Assembly: GCA_002269645.1 (NCBI GenBank)
Contig: NIVC01003055.1
Location: forward strand, 1 to 47,197
DNA: 47,197 nucleotides
From: Macrostomum lignano
Taxonomy: Eukaryota
Direction of reading: 5' to 3'
Shown: piece by piece, positions 36,942-47,197 of the stretch
Layout: the number at the start of each line of letters is the position of its first letter
Numbering within the stretch: the stretch's first letter is position 1
The notes under the pieces: model-generated
The model's database searches: none
Told to the model about the DNA's origin: nothing
The model's input: only the letters and a program-made list of their open reading frames with translations
Translations under genes and position numbers: made by a program

Positions 36942-39363
36942 TCACTTTTTGAAATAACTGGCGATGGTAGACTTGGTTGCCTTCTCCTCCAACTTTCTCT
37001 TTTTCTCTTTGAGGCCCTCAGTCTCCTTCTCCAGTGTCTTGCGCTCAATCGCTAGGGCAGCTACCTGTCGCTGATATTCGTCAAGCATTGCGGCAGCTCT
37101 GTCCGCTTGCGCATCTACCTCCAGTCTCCTCTTCCGTATGCTCTCCTCCTTTGCCTGCAACTGTGCAGAGTGTGTTGCCTTCTTAATTTCCTGTGCAATT
37201 TCTACTGCCAATTCTCTCTCCTTTGCCAACTTCTTCTGCTTCTCCTCATTCTCCTCCCGCTGCCGCTCCAGGTGCTGCTTCCAGCTGTGCCGAGCATGAA
37301 AGCCTGCGTTGATGTACGCGTCATTGAAGTGAAACATTTCACAAGTCAAACCGGTCGACTTCAGGAAACCTCGGGTAAGCAGACAGCCATCTATGGTGCG
37401 GATGTCCAGATTGCTTCTTTTCTTTGAAAAAAGGTCTGTAAGATCGGCAAACACACGCTCCACTGCCGCATTGCCATGCGGGATGGAAAGAGCGGCAAGC
37501 ACCAATTTGCGCAGTGCAGGGTATTCGTACACACTACCTTCCTCCGCAGTACCAACACCACTCAGTGTAGCATTTACGACTGGAAGCCAGAAATCAAGTA
37601 CCTCAACGTCCTGCAGCTTATCACAGTCTTTCGAACACAGTGCCAATGAAAGTCGCCGAAAGTCAGTGTCAATGGTCGAAATGTCTTGCTCCGAGAAATG
37701 CATTTCTTTAGCCAATCCAACCGGGTACGAGCTGTCAACCAACGAAACCTTCGATGGGTCAAGAAATTGTGCGCACCTCAAAGCAGCATTTGCCAGTGGG
37801 AGATGGGATTGGAGGTATTGTGTCAGCTCGTTGTAGAACTGTCTCGCGCGCACGATACAGACCTTCTTGACATCAGCACTCTCACGAGTCGAAAGAAAGT
37901 TGCGCGCCTTCTCGCCAATGAAGACTTGATTGTCTGGTAAGCATGCTTCAAATGGGAACTTCATTCTAGATAAATGCTTGGCATTAGAAGCCACGTGCTC
38001 CTTTGTTAAGAAGCAGGCCAGTAGTTCCTTGAACAACATACGGAGCTCAATGTACATCAAATGGATCTTGACGTTGTTACCTTGGAATGCTTTCTCAAAC
38101 TTGTCCAACATTGGCAGCACAGCCTGGAGGAAAAGAAGATCGAATTCAACTTCATCATCAGCTAGGAGTGACTGGATAGACTGGACCGATTCTTTTTTCA
38201 AATCATTGGGATTTTCCAGGCGCAGCCTCTTTAGAAAAAACTCACGGAGTCCTTCCAACTGCTCAACAAGCCTGTTAACCACCGGCAAAAGCTGTATCCA
38301 CCTAGTTTCAACACGTCGCAAAAACCTGTGCGACTGCAATTCAAGCATGTCTTGCACATGCTCGTACCTAGTCCAGCGAGATGTGTACAGAAAGTACGAG
38401 TGAACAAGATCAGCCAGGTTTTCGGCTTTTTTCCCGAGCTTGTCACATGCAGCCCGCGCGGCATTCGAAACATGGTGGAGTGAGCACGTGGCCATTTTGA
38501 GTAGATGGGGTGCATGTTTGTCCATGAGGGTGTGGAACCCACCATGCCGCCCTGTCATCACCGATGGGCCATCAGACATAACACAGACGCACGATTTGAA
38601 CCGAAGGCCTAATTCGTTGCAGGTGTTCGCGACGGCAGCTTCCAGAGTTGCGGCTCGCCCATCAGGAATGCTCACAGTCTTGAGAGGCAGTATGAGAAGT
38701 TTCTTCTTCGTGATGGAAATGAATGACACTACAATACTTAAAAACTTCTGCGAGCCCATCGCCTGGTTAGATTCGTCTATGGCTAGGCTAAAATAGCCGC
38801 TTCCAGAGTTAATGTCTTGTATAATTTCATTCCGAATGGTTGGAGCGATTGCCTCTGTTACCAAGTAGGTGGTCTTCTGCCGCTGGCATTTGAATTTTTG
38901 GGCAATTTGGCTGTCCGGAAACATGGTCTTGTATATTCCGTGGTCAGCAGAGGCGAATGACCGATGGTGCTCCACAATATTCAGAGCGTGCCTCAGCTCG
39001 GCCTTCATGACTTTGGCATCTAAAGTGCTTGGCTTTTCAGTTGTGGTATCGCCATTTGTGCCATCAGCACTAGGATTGGAGGTTGACGACCTCTGGGGCT
39101 TGAAATAAAAATTGATGGACGTCGCCGAGCTTTCCTTTTGGAGCTTGAGCATATAGCGATCAGAATGCTTCTTGCTCTTCGCATGATTTTCTACCGCTCC
39201 AAAGCCAGCTGAGCCGATTTGGAAATCTTTGGCACAAATTGAGCAGTAGGCCCGACAAGCGTCTTTTGGGTCAGGCTGGAGCCAGAGGCTGCACTGCTGG
39301 TTATGGGCCGTTCGGTTGCACCAGGAGTCCAAACTTTGTGGCTCGAACTTTCGATAGCGACAT
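36942..39363 (-). CDS. hAT transposase (~800 aa): BED-like zinc finger, RNase H-like DDE core, hAT dimerisation motif, long C-terminal coiled coil
   Basis: AYCSIC...HAKSKKH (zinc finger), SLAIDES, SDGPSVMTG, CSLHHV, VETRW and SIPHGNAAVERVF. The open frame is 39332-36942. The likely ATG at 39363 (MSLSKVRATK) is one base out of frame. Confidence 0.9.
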
Positions 39364-42300
39364 GAATGATGAAGGGCAGTTGAAGCTCGCTGAAATGGAC
39401 ATATTACAATTGTTGCGTTACCAAATTAATTTAATTGAGCTTATGAAGTTGGCTGCTAAAATGGTCTTCGAGGTTGTGAATTTCGAGCCTATGAAGTTTC
39501 GGATTTATGAAAGGATGTGCTTTTCGAGGTTGTGAAATTTCGAGCTTGTGAAGCGACCCCAAATGCAGGAAGTAGTTTTCTTTGTATTTTTCAAACAATG
39601 GATTTTAAGATAAACAAAGCTGATGCAACAAACATAAAACGTGGGATTTTAGATAATACAACAGCAAAAAGGACCACTTAAGTCACCAACAAAACAGCTA
39701 GCAAGTAAAAACGCAGAATGAAAAAAAACGCAGAAAAAAATGCACAAACGCAGATTTTTCAAAGAAAAAACGCAGCTGCGTTAAAAACGCAGCCTGTAGC
39801 AACACTGGTGGCCGGCCTGCCACCATGGTTAACAGGTCAAACATCGAGCTTGTGTGTTGTGCTCTGGATGTTGACCGCCGAGCTACAGTGCGAGAGTTGT
39901 CAACCATTACTGGCATCTCATCAATGGCCATTCATTCAATCCTGACAGTTGAGCTTGGTATGTCATGCATTATTGCTTGTTGGGTCCCAAAACTTCTGAT
40001 TGACCAGCAGCAGCGAGAGCAGGTCCAGGTGTGTTGGCAGCTCCTCCAGTCATATTGCAGTGATCCCAACTTTTTGGACCGGATTGTGACTGGGGATGAA
40101 TCCTGGTTTCATTATAGTGAGCCAGAGTCCAAGATGCAGAGCAGTGTATGGAAGGCCAGCCATAAGCCCACACCTGTCAAGGCCCTGACTGCACCTTCAG
40201 CTGGCAAGCAAATGGCCACCATCTTCTGGGACAATGAGGGTATTCTGCTCATCGAATGGCTACCTTGTGGTGCCACAATAAACAGTGAGTACTACATCCA
40301 AGTCCTGCAGAAGTTGCGTGAAGCCATCAAGGCCTAGCAGCGTGGCAAGCTAAGCCGTCGCATCCTGATTCAGCACGACAATGCCAGGCCACATACCAGC
40401 CAGGCAACAATGGCTGCCATTTCGGACCTGGGCTTCGAGGTGCTGCCACACCTGCCTTACTTGCTGGACCTTGCACCTAGTGACTTCTGGCTGTTTGGAA
40501 AGATGAAAAAACCTTCCGAGGTTGCTAGTACAGCTCTCTACAGACCCTGGCATTGGCCATCAGCCAGTGGGTCAGGGGGTCACTTGCCAATTTCTATGCT
40601 GCTGGCATCGAGAAATTGCCTGAGAGGTGGCACAAGTGCATAAGCCTCAAGGGTGCCTACGTTGAGAAGCAAGAAGAGTAGCACTACATTTGTTCAATCT
40701 GTTAAACTGTTAGACACATTTGATTGCGGACTTTCTGAACAACCTTTGTATGTTAAAAAGATTAATAAATCAAAATAGGCTAACTAAGTTTATAATTTTT
40801 ATTTGTCAAGTGGCTTAGCGTATTTTAGCTATTGATTTTATTACTTGAATAAATGATTGAATTATTGCAAACTAGGATCAGGATCCAGATAATCAAGGGA
40901 TTTTTAATCTAGGATAAGTGGGATCCTAGCATTTAGAATCATAGGATTTAGGCATTTATTGAAAGATCCTAGGATTATACTCCTAGCCCCACACTCAGGA
41001 AGGTGTATATTATAGCAGAAAATTCTGGCGCACATCAACAAAAATGTGCGCAAAGTAGAAGTTTTTAGCACACAGTAGCGCATAGCAAAAGTAGATAAAA
41101 AATTTAGCTTATAATGAGTCACCTAATTTGCATATGCAATACATGAAATATGCTTTTAGATTGTTTTTTAAGCATATTAATTAAAAATTTGTTTCTTGGT
41201 AAGTGAAACAAATAATCAAAATTCAAAATAGGATTTTACTCTAAAGTTTAAGCTAATTCTATGTGAGCTAAAATAAAGCACAAAGTTTTGAGTTAAAAAA
41301 AGCCTATGGAAACTTTGGAAAGTACAAAAATTTATCTGTTTTTTTATTTAATTGTTTTAATCGGACTTTTACCAAGTTTTTTTGTTATTGCACATTAGTG
41401 CTCTAGCTAGGCCCTATGTATTTGTCAATAAACAAATGAAGGCCTCGGCGCACAAGTTCATATTTTAGCTTTGCGCACAGCACACACTCCAAAAATACAC
41501 TGAGATATATTCCGCACACACGTGACACCTTCCTGACTGTGGTCCCAGCCTAGCCTTACCTCTCCTTTTCCTCTTTTATTTTTTCTTTCTTTCTTATTCT
41601 TCATTTTTTCTTAATTTGGTCTATATAGCTATCTATCTATACTTATACTTTATAGTCATACTTGATTTTCTATCCTATCCTATAGGCCCTACCTATAACA
41701 TAAGTATAACCTATGCCTTGTTTGTTGTGCTAACCTTCATAGCCATAGCCCCCTAAAAGTAAAAGATAAATAGGCCTAGGCCTAGCTACTATAAAACTTA
41801 TAGAGCTAGTGGCATAAAATATATAGGCCGGCGCACCATATAGTCAGATAGGCCTAACTAACAAAATGAATCTTTAACCACCATAGGGTGGGGCCTACAT
41901 TACATACTAATGACATGCACAAGAAAGATTAAGTTTGTGTACAACATAAAGAAGAAATCATGTCATGTGAGAATGGATAATAGGCCCTGCATGGCCTAAA
42001 GCTTAGCCTACTAAGCCACTAAGGAAACAAAAAACAGCAACAACGAGGTTGCCAACTACTATTGGCATTGGCGATTGGCTACACTAGGCCTACACTACAC
42101 TACTTTCACTTTCACTTTCACTTCAGTCAGACTCAGGTCAAGGACGAGTATTATAAAATAATATTCTGATAGTAGTAAACCCTATTCCTGGCAATTTTTC
42201 AATTCTCAATGTAGTAACGTGTGTCTTTATACGTTGACGTACGTACAACAACAAATATGACCCGCCAGCCAGCGCTGCTGCGGATTACTGATCAACTTAA

Positions 42301-42764
42301 CTTTGATCATGTCCATGTTGTCAAATTCAAATCAGGACGCAGGTTTTCTGCGAAGTTTTTGTAGTTTAAAACAAAATATTTTAGAGGGTGTAAACTACTG
42401 TGCGTACAGCTAAGTTTCTAGTTTCTATACCTTAACTAGAACGCACAGATGGCAGTTGGGCGCCATAGGCACTCATTTGGCTTCCTATAGCAAAATTATA
42501 TGATTTCCATAACGTTTCACAAGGTGCGGGACAAGCATTGGCATGTCTCCCCATAGCTTTTACTGTAGGGGACATGTCCCCTGTCCCCCCAGTGGCGACG
42601 CCCGTACATGAACATGTAAATTTATACTTAAATTTAATTTATGCCCATGCTCTGAAGCAAATTTCATGATGCAGATCATGTAGGAGTGAGTTTGTCGGTA
42701 AGGGAGGCTATTCATATGCGATTCAAACCCACGGACAAACTTTCATTAAGCACAGAGTGCACAT

Positions 42765-42808
42765 ATGTACATGCCTGACGATTATAAAGCCAGGGCCTCT
42801 TGCACACT
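42765..42808. other. Third sequence variant of the conserved TGTACA-TGC-CTRAC-N9-GYYAG-GGCC-TGYACAC hairpin
   Basis: Same architecture as the copies at 60-103, 2681-2726, 6672-6715 and 9211-9256, but in unrelated flanking sequence. Confidence 0.6.
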
Positions 42809-44696
42809 GTTTATATACATTTATGAGAGCAAGCACGTTGTACATACCCCGTAGCAATCCGACGTCCAAACGTTGGAATGTTTGACAGTAGTATCTGTTG
42901 CCCTTGTACATGTACATGACATTGTACGAGCATATATAGTGCTCAGGAGTCATCGAGGAATGGGCAGAATATATGTATTTCGCTTCAGCTGTTGTTCTGG
43001 GACGATTTCGCTGAAGGCGTAGCAACGGGGTACTACATGTCGACCCTCCTGCACACGTAAGTATTATTGATGGGTTTCGACCTTTCGGCCCCCTTGTGGG
43101 GAAGCCTTCGGGCCTCAGGTCTCAGAAATAAATCAATTAGAGTCCTGGCCCCCCACTCCTGTCAGATGGTCAGCCCCATGGTAGCTTGGTCGTGTGGCGA
43201 GCAGCCTAGGTCCTATAGCTAAGAGAGGGACAGCGAGAGACAAGCAGGGAGAATTTTGAAGGTAGAAATTAGTTAATCCGCAGATTAGCTAACTTGCTGC
43301 CACCAGCCCGTGCGTCCTGGCTCACCACACCGGGACTCTCAAAATTGGGCTTCCGACTAGAAGGAAGGGGCTTTGCACTTACCTGCCAACTAGTGTCTTT
43401 TTGCTGTCAATCTCGAAGTCATAGCCGATGATAAGGGACACTGCTGGGACTAGATCGCATTGGCCATGCAGGTACAGATTGGGACTTGTGCAGGGGATTC
43501 TTGCAGTGGCGAGACTATGGGGTAGCTACATGACTATAACATTGCTAAATACGAAGAATTGTACTTTTGGCCTTCAACGCGCCAACCAGCCTCTCCTAGC
43601 GCTGATGATAGGCTAACTCGAACATCAGAGACCGCATGATTCATCACCCGAGCCGCTTGGCTAACCTAGAGTGCACAGAGTACATCTCTGGAGCCGTTTC
43701 TGCACTATTGGCAAATTCGCTAACTGATTTGATAGATTGATCGACTGAGAACTGCCTTGCCATTGGTCCACTGTGACCGGCGCCTACTAGCTTAGCTACT
43801 CATCTGAGCCATCGGCGAACAAAGAAAAAAACCGATAAAAATAACTGGTAGATTTAACCTTCTCCTTAAATCACTTCACACTTCAGATTGAATTGGAGCT
43901 TCAGACTACTAGCAGTATTATTGAATGACTTCTGCCTCGATTACAGCACTACTGAACAAAACGAGCAAAAGTGTGCGCCTAATTCAGCTACTGCAACAGG
44001 GGACAGATAAGGAATCACCCAATCAAGCAAGTCTAGGCAGCCTCTCACCCAACCAATCAGAAACTCAACAGCCGGAGACCAGGTAATCCACAGTGACCGA
44101 ATCGGCTTAGTGCTTCGCAGCTGTAGGCCCGGGATGATGCTGATGTCACAATCTTCGCTGATAGCTAGCAGGTGATGCTCTTCACTTTGATGTTCACTAC
44201 TGATGACCGGGGGGATTCGTCCTTGATGATGATGGGGGAAGTCGCAATCCATGGATCAAGAAACGACGGTCAATTCCTGGTCGGTGGAGTAGGAACCATG
44301 CCAGAGTCGGAACAGGTTGAGGTCCGAGCGGGCCAAAAACACCGGTTTAAATAGCCGCCAACTGGACCGCAGTTTGTTATAATGGAACACGTCGATTCTG
44401 ATTGGCTGAGCCGTTTTGTTAAAATGAGCGCCGAATTTTCTGATTGGCTAAGCTTGTTGCTACCCAGAATCACGTGACCGGGAGATCCTATCAGTTCCCA
44501 CAGGGTCGTAAAAAGATGACAGGTGCGGCCATAAATCACTCAAAATCGCAACAAAATGATTTATGACTTTTCGCGTAGAATTGACAGAAATTAATGAAAA
44601 AATATACATTAGAAAGCTCTTATTAAATAGAAAGTGAAGATAATGAAGAGAAATTGCTAATCGCTAATCCCAAGGTACTTTTAGGGGTAAAACGCA

Positions 44697-44845
44697 TAGC
44701 TGTCAAAGCTGTCACACGCTTGAGTGAACACGAACAATAGGCTCTGACCTCATAAATCTTGATGGCCTGTCAAAATGATGAGAAAAAAGCTACCGCCCGC
44801 ATCCTCTCAGACCATCTGGCGCCAGCCTCAACACTGAGTGAGGCG
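44697..44845 (+). repeat. ~145-bp dispersed duplicate of 45820-45965 (SNAP-like relic segment)
   Basis: AAAGCTGTCA...GAACAATAG...ACCTCATAAATC...CTCTCAGACCATCTGGCGCCAGC.TCAACACTGAGTGA is shared by both copies. Confidence 0.85.
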
Positions 44846-45583
44846 CAGGTGGCTGTCAGACCAGCTTCGAAAGCGATGATTTATGACCCAAAAAGCTGCG
44901 CCTATGTTATTATGACTACTAGTATGACCAAACATAATATCTAGTATAGATTCTATGACAATTCGCAGAAAAAGGATAAAAATGCCCATTGCCCACTGTT
45001 AGTAGGCTAGTAAGTTTAGAGCCCATGTGCTAGCGCGGGATTTGGAAAAAAATGCGTCCTCATCATTATCATTAGTAATTTAGTTGCATCAGCTGACACA
45101 CTAATAGCTGCGTTGAAAGCCATGCCATTTTGCACTCCTTGTAAAAATTAATGTAACAGCCGTAGCCAAATAAAATTGCAGCGAAAATTCAGGACTTATA
45201 TATATAAAGCACGAGCGTATACTTGATCGACTTTGGCTGCGGATGCAGCTGAGGGGCGTCGCCTCTCATTTCGTTATCCCGTAACGACAACACGATATAT
45301 AGCTGTGGTGCTGGGGTCGTTGCACAGGGAGATCCGACGACTCTGCTTTTTGTTTCATTTACAGAGGCTCTTTTAATTTTAACAACAAGCGTATAAAAGG
45401 ACACCAATACACAGCAATCTGAAGTCAGGGACCTGGCCGACGTTCCCGAAGTCTGCCAACGTCGATGAAAATTATGTGCCTTTATATTACAACGTCTGAA
45501 AACGAAGTCATAGCTTCGGCTTACACGTAGGTGTAATGTAAATGTACATGTCTCTTTATCGACGTCCATTTTTTTATTTTTAG

Positions 45584-45965
45584 ATGCAGGACATGTACGA
45601 TTGTGTGCCCAATTTGAGTACGCTTTCCAAAAGCAAGGACGAGGTGAAGGTCGCCAACTGTCTGCGCGACGCTGCCAACTGCTACATTAAGGTCGACGAA
45701 AGATGCGCCATCATGGCTATGGAAGCCGCAGCGATCATCGAGTCGGAGCAGGGCAAGTTCCAATAATATTCGGCCGAGCTGCACAAGAAAATTGCTGAGC
45801 TTGCGTTGTCTCTATCGCAAAAGCTGTCAGAGCTGTCAAACGCTTGAGAAAACACGAACAATAGACCCTGACCTCATAAATCTGATGGAATGTCCAAAAT
45901 GATGAGAAAAAACTAACCGCACGCGTTCTCTCAGACCATCTGGCGCCAGCTTCAACACTGAGTGA
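45584..45965 (+). pseudogene. alpha-SNAP (NAPA)-like pseudogene fragment
   Basis: VANCLRDAANCYIKVDERCAIMAMEAAAIIESEQGKFQ*YSAELHKKIAEL aligns by eye with the alpha-SNAP motif [50 protein letters not shown]. It has an in-frame TAA and is preceded by a T-rich AG acceptor at 45583. Confidence 0.65.
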
Positions 45966-46499
45966 TTGATTTGGATTGGATTGTTGGATTGATTGCAAAA
46001 GAATTCATTGATTGTAATCAACACGCCAGAACACGCCAGAAATTCGCTGAACTTGCTTGGATGGAATGTGTGACCGCTTAGTTTTGTATTTATTGCATAC
46101 ACAAAAGCGTAATGGAGTGCTCCAAGGGCACACGTACAGTATAGTTATTTAGTGACTTCTTTATCTTAAAATTATACAAACAAAAAACCTATCTGTCAAA
46201 GAATCATGGTTGAGTAGCGTCAAATAATGTTCCGTAATATGTGAGAGAATTGTTATAAGGTTCAAAAGGGTAGAAACCTAAAGATATTCTTAGTTAAAGT
46301 AAAATTGAAATGAAAAATTTAGAATTTGGAATAAAATCCGCCTGATATTACGGTAGCTACATAACCGCGATAAAAGACTGAAAGTATCTAATAATTTAGT
46401 AAATATACGAGTAATTCGTGCATATTAATTATAAGAAACGGAAAAATCTATGTCAATGTTAATAGATAATAATTGTTTTTAAGTCAGTCGAATTTATCC

Positions 46500-47188
46500 T
46501 TAATTTTTTATGCCTGCAGCCGCAATTTGCGCCTTTAGTCGCGCGATTTCGTCGTCCTTTTCGTTAAGTTCAGATTTCTGCTGGTCAATTGTATTCTGCC
46601 GTTCTACTAGCTGCACGTCCTGCAAATTAATTTTGTTTTTCATCTGCGTCCAGTGTGCATACATTTGCATTACATGTTTGATGACATCGATCATCTCTTT
46701 GGTCAGTTTGATTGGACCTCCTTCGACGCGGTCCTTGATCCTGTCTATGGAACCCACTACCTGGTTCAGATCCTGATGGGCTTTCTTAAACCGCCCAGCC
46801 AGGGTTTTCAGTCGATGAGCCTCTTGGTACTCGCATCATTTGCAGCCACATCGGCTTGAAAATCCGAGCTTAACGTGATCAGGCCAAAGGTACAGATCCT
46901 TTTAGCCCACAAGCCAGCGCTATTCCACTTGGCCTGCGACTCCAACTCTGACGCCTCACGCTTCAACCGCTCCTCTTCTCGTTTAGCCTCGTTCGACGCC
47001 ATCTCCGCAAGGTCACGAGCTTCGCCGATGCTTTCCAAGAAGTTGTTCAATTCTTTTTCGAATTCTTCACACAGTTGAAGAAGTTTATTAAAGTTTGTCT
47101 CCATCATGTCGATTTCCTCACTGGTAATTGTCTTGTTTTCTGCCATCTCTTTAAAAGCTTTGACGCACGTGGCATGCTTTTCGCCCAT
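46500..47188 (-). CDS. Helical/coiled-coil protein (~230 aa) with a central hydrophobic hairpin-like segment; 1-nt frameshift near 46833
   Basis: ORF 47188-46808 joins ORF 46757-46500 if one base is added at aat-gat-gc-gag-tac-caa, giving NDAEYQEAHRLKTLAGRFKK...VGSIDRIK. Heptad-rich helices flank WNSAGLWAKRICTFGLITL. Confidence 0.6.
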
Positions 47189-47197
47189 TGTTACGGC

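Larger units (their letters stand above)
35238..39807 (-). mobile_element. hAT-superfamily DNA transposon, 4570 bp, apparently full length
   Basis: Perfect 16-bp TIRs CAGTGTTGCTACAGGC (35238-35253 and 39792-39807) and a perfect 8-bp TSD GTGGCCGG (35230-35237 and 39808-39815). Subterminal AAAAACGCAG repeats and an internal transposase ORF are present. Confidence 0.95.
34861..40748 (+). mobile_element. Tc1/mariner (DD34D mariner-type) transposon, decayed and split by a hAT insertion
   Basis: TA-flanked ~34-bp imperfect TIRs lie at 34861 and ending at 40748. The transposase N-terminus (35043-35237, WVQRFEDG..TVDDLP.SGR) resumes at 39816 (WVPKLL, IVTGDESW, FWDNEGIL, HDNARPH, DLAPSDFWLF), with an in-frame stop and frameshifts. 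Confidence 0.92.

Noticed and set aside
43150-44560. Possible LTR, PBS or promoter (CCAAT boxes) and ORF 43941-44252
   Set aside because: No paired LTRs or retroviral motifs were found, and the ORF has no recognisable homology.

Overview
AT-rich, repeat-dense eukaryotic (animal) genomic DNA. The gene style and repeat landscape suggest a free-living flatworm such as Macrostomum, which is an inference only. From left to right: (1) two ~2.8 kb composite direct repeats (1-2795 and 6613-9325), each with an identically truncated RTE-type reverse transcriptase fragment, bracket a TRAF-like gene and a PAN/C-type lectin gene. (2) Two more TRAF-like paralogues lack a MATH domain; one has a putative transmembrane tail. 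(3) Three spliced minus-strand genes follow: ANAPC2 (5 exons), TMEM208 (2 exons) and an uncharacterised C39/papain-like peptidase-fold protein (5 exons). Almost all of their introns are filled by intron-specific minisatellites. (4) A strongly CpG-depleted block of old transposon remnants includes a mariner element, split by a younger hAT element (8-bp TSD, 16-bp TIRs, ~800-aa transposase) that itself carries a mariner-type MITE. (5) At the right end are a hairpin-rich region with a hammerhead-like relic, an alpha-SNAP-like pseudogene fragment and a coiled-coil protein with a central hydrophobic hairpin. Several otherwise intact ORFs carry single-base frameshifts that may be assembly errors. 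No CRISPR array or rRNA is present.
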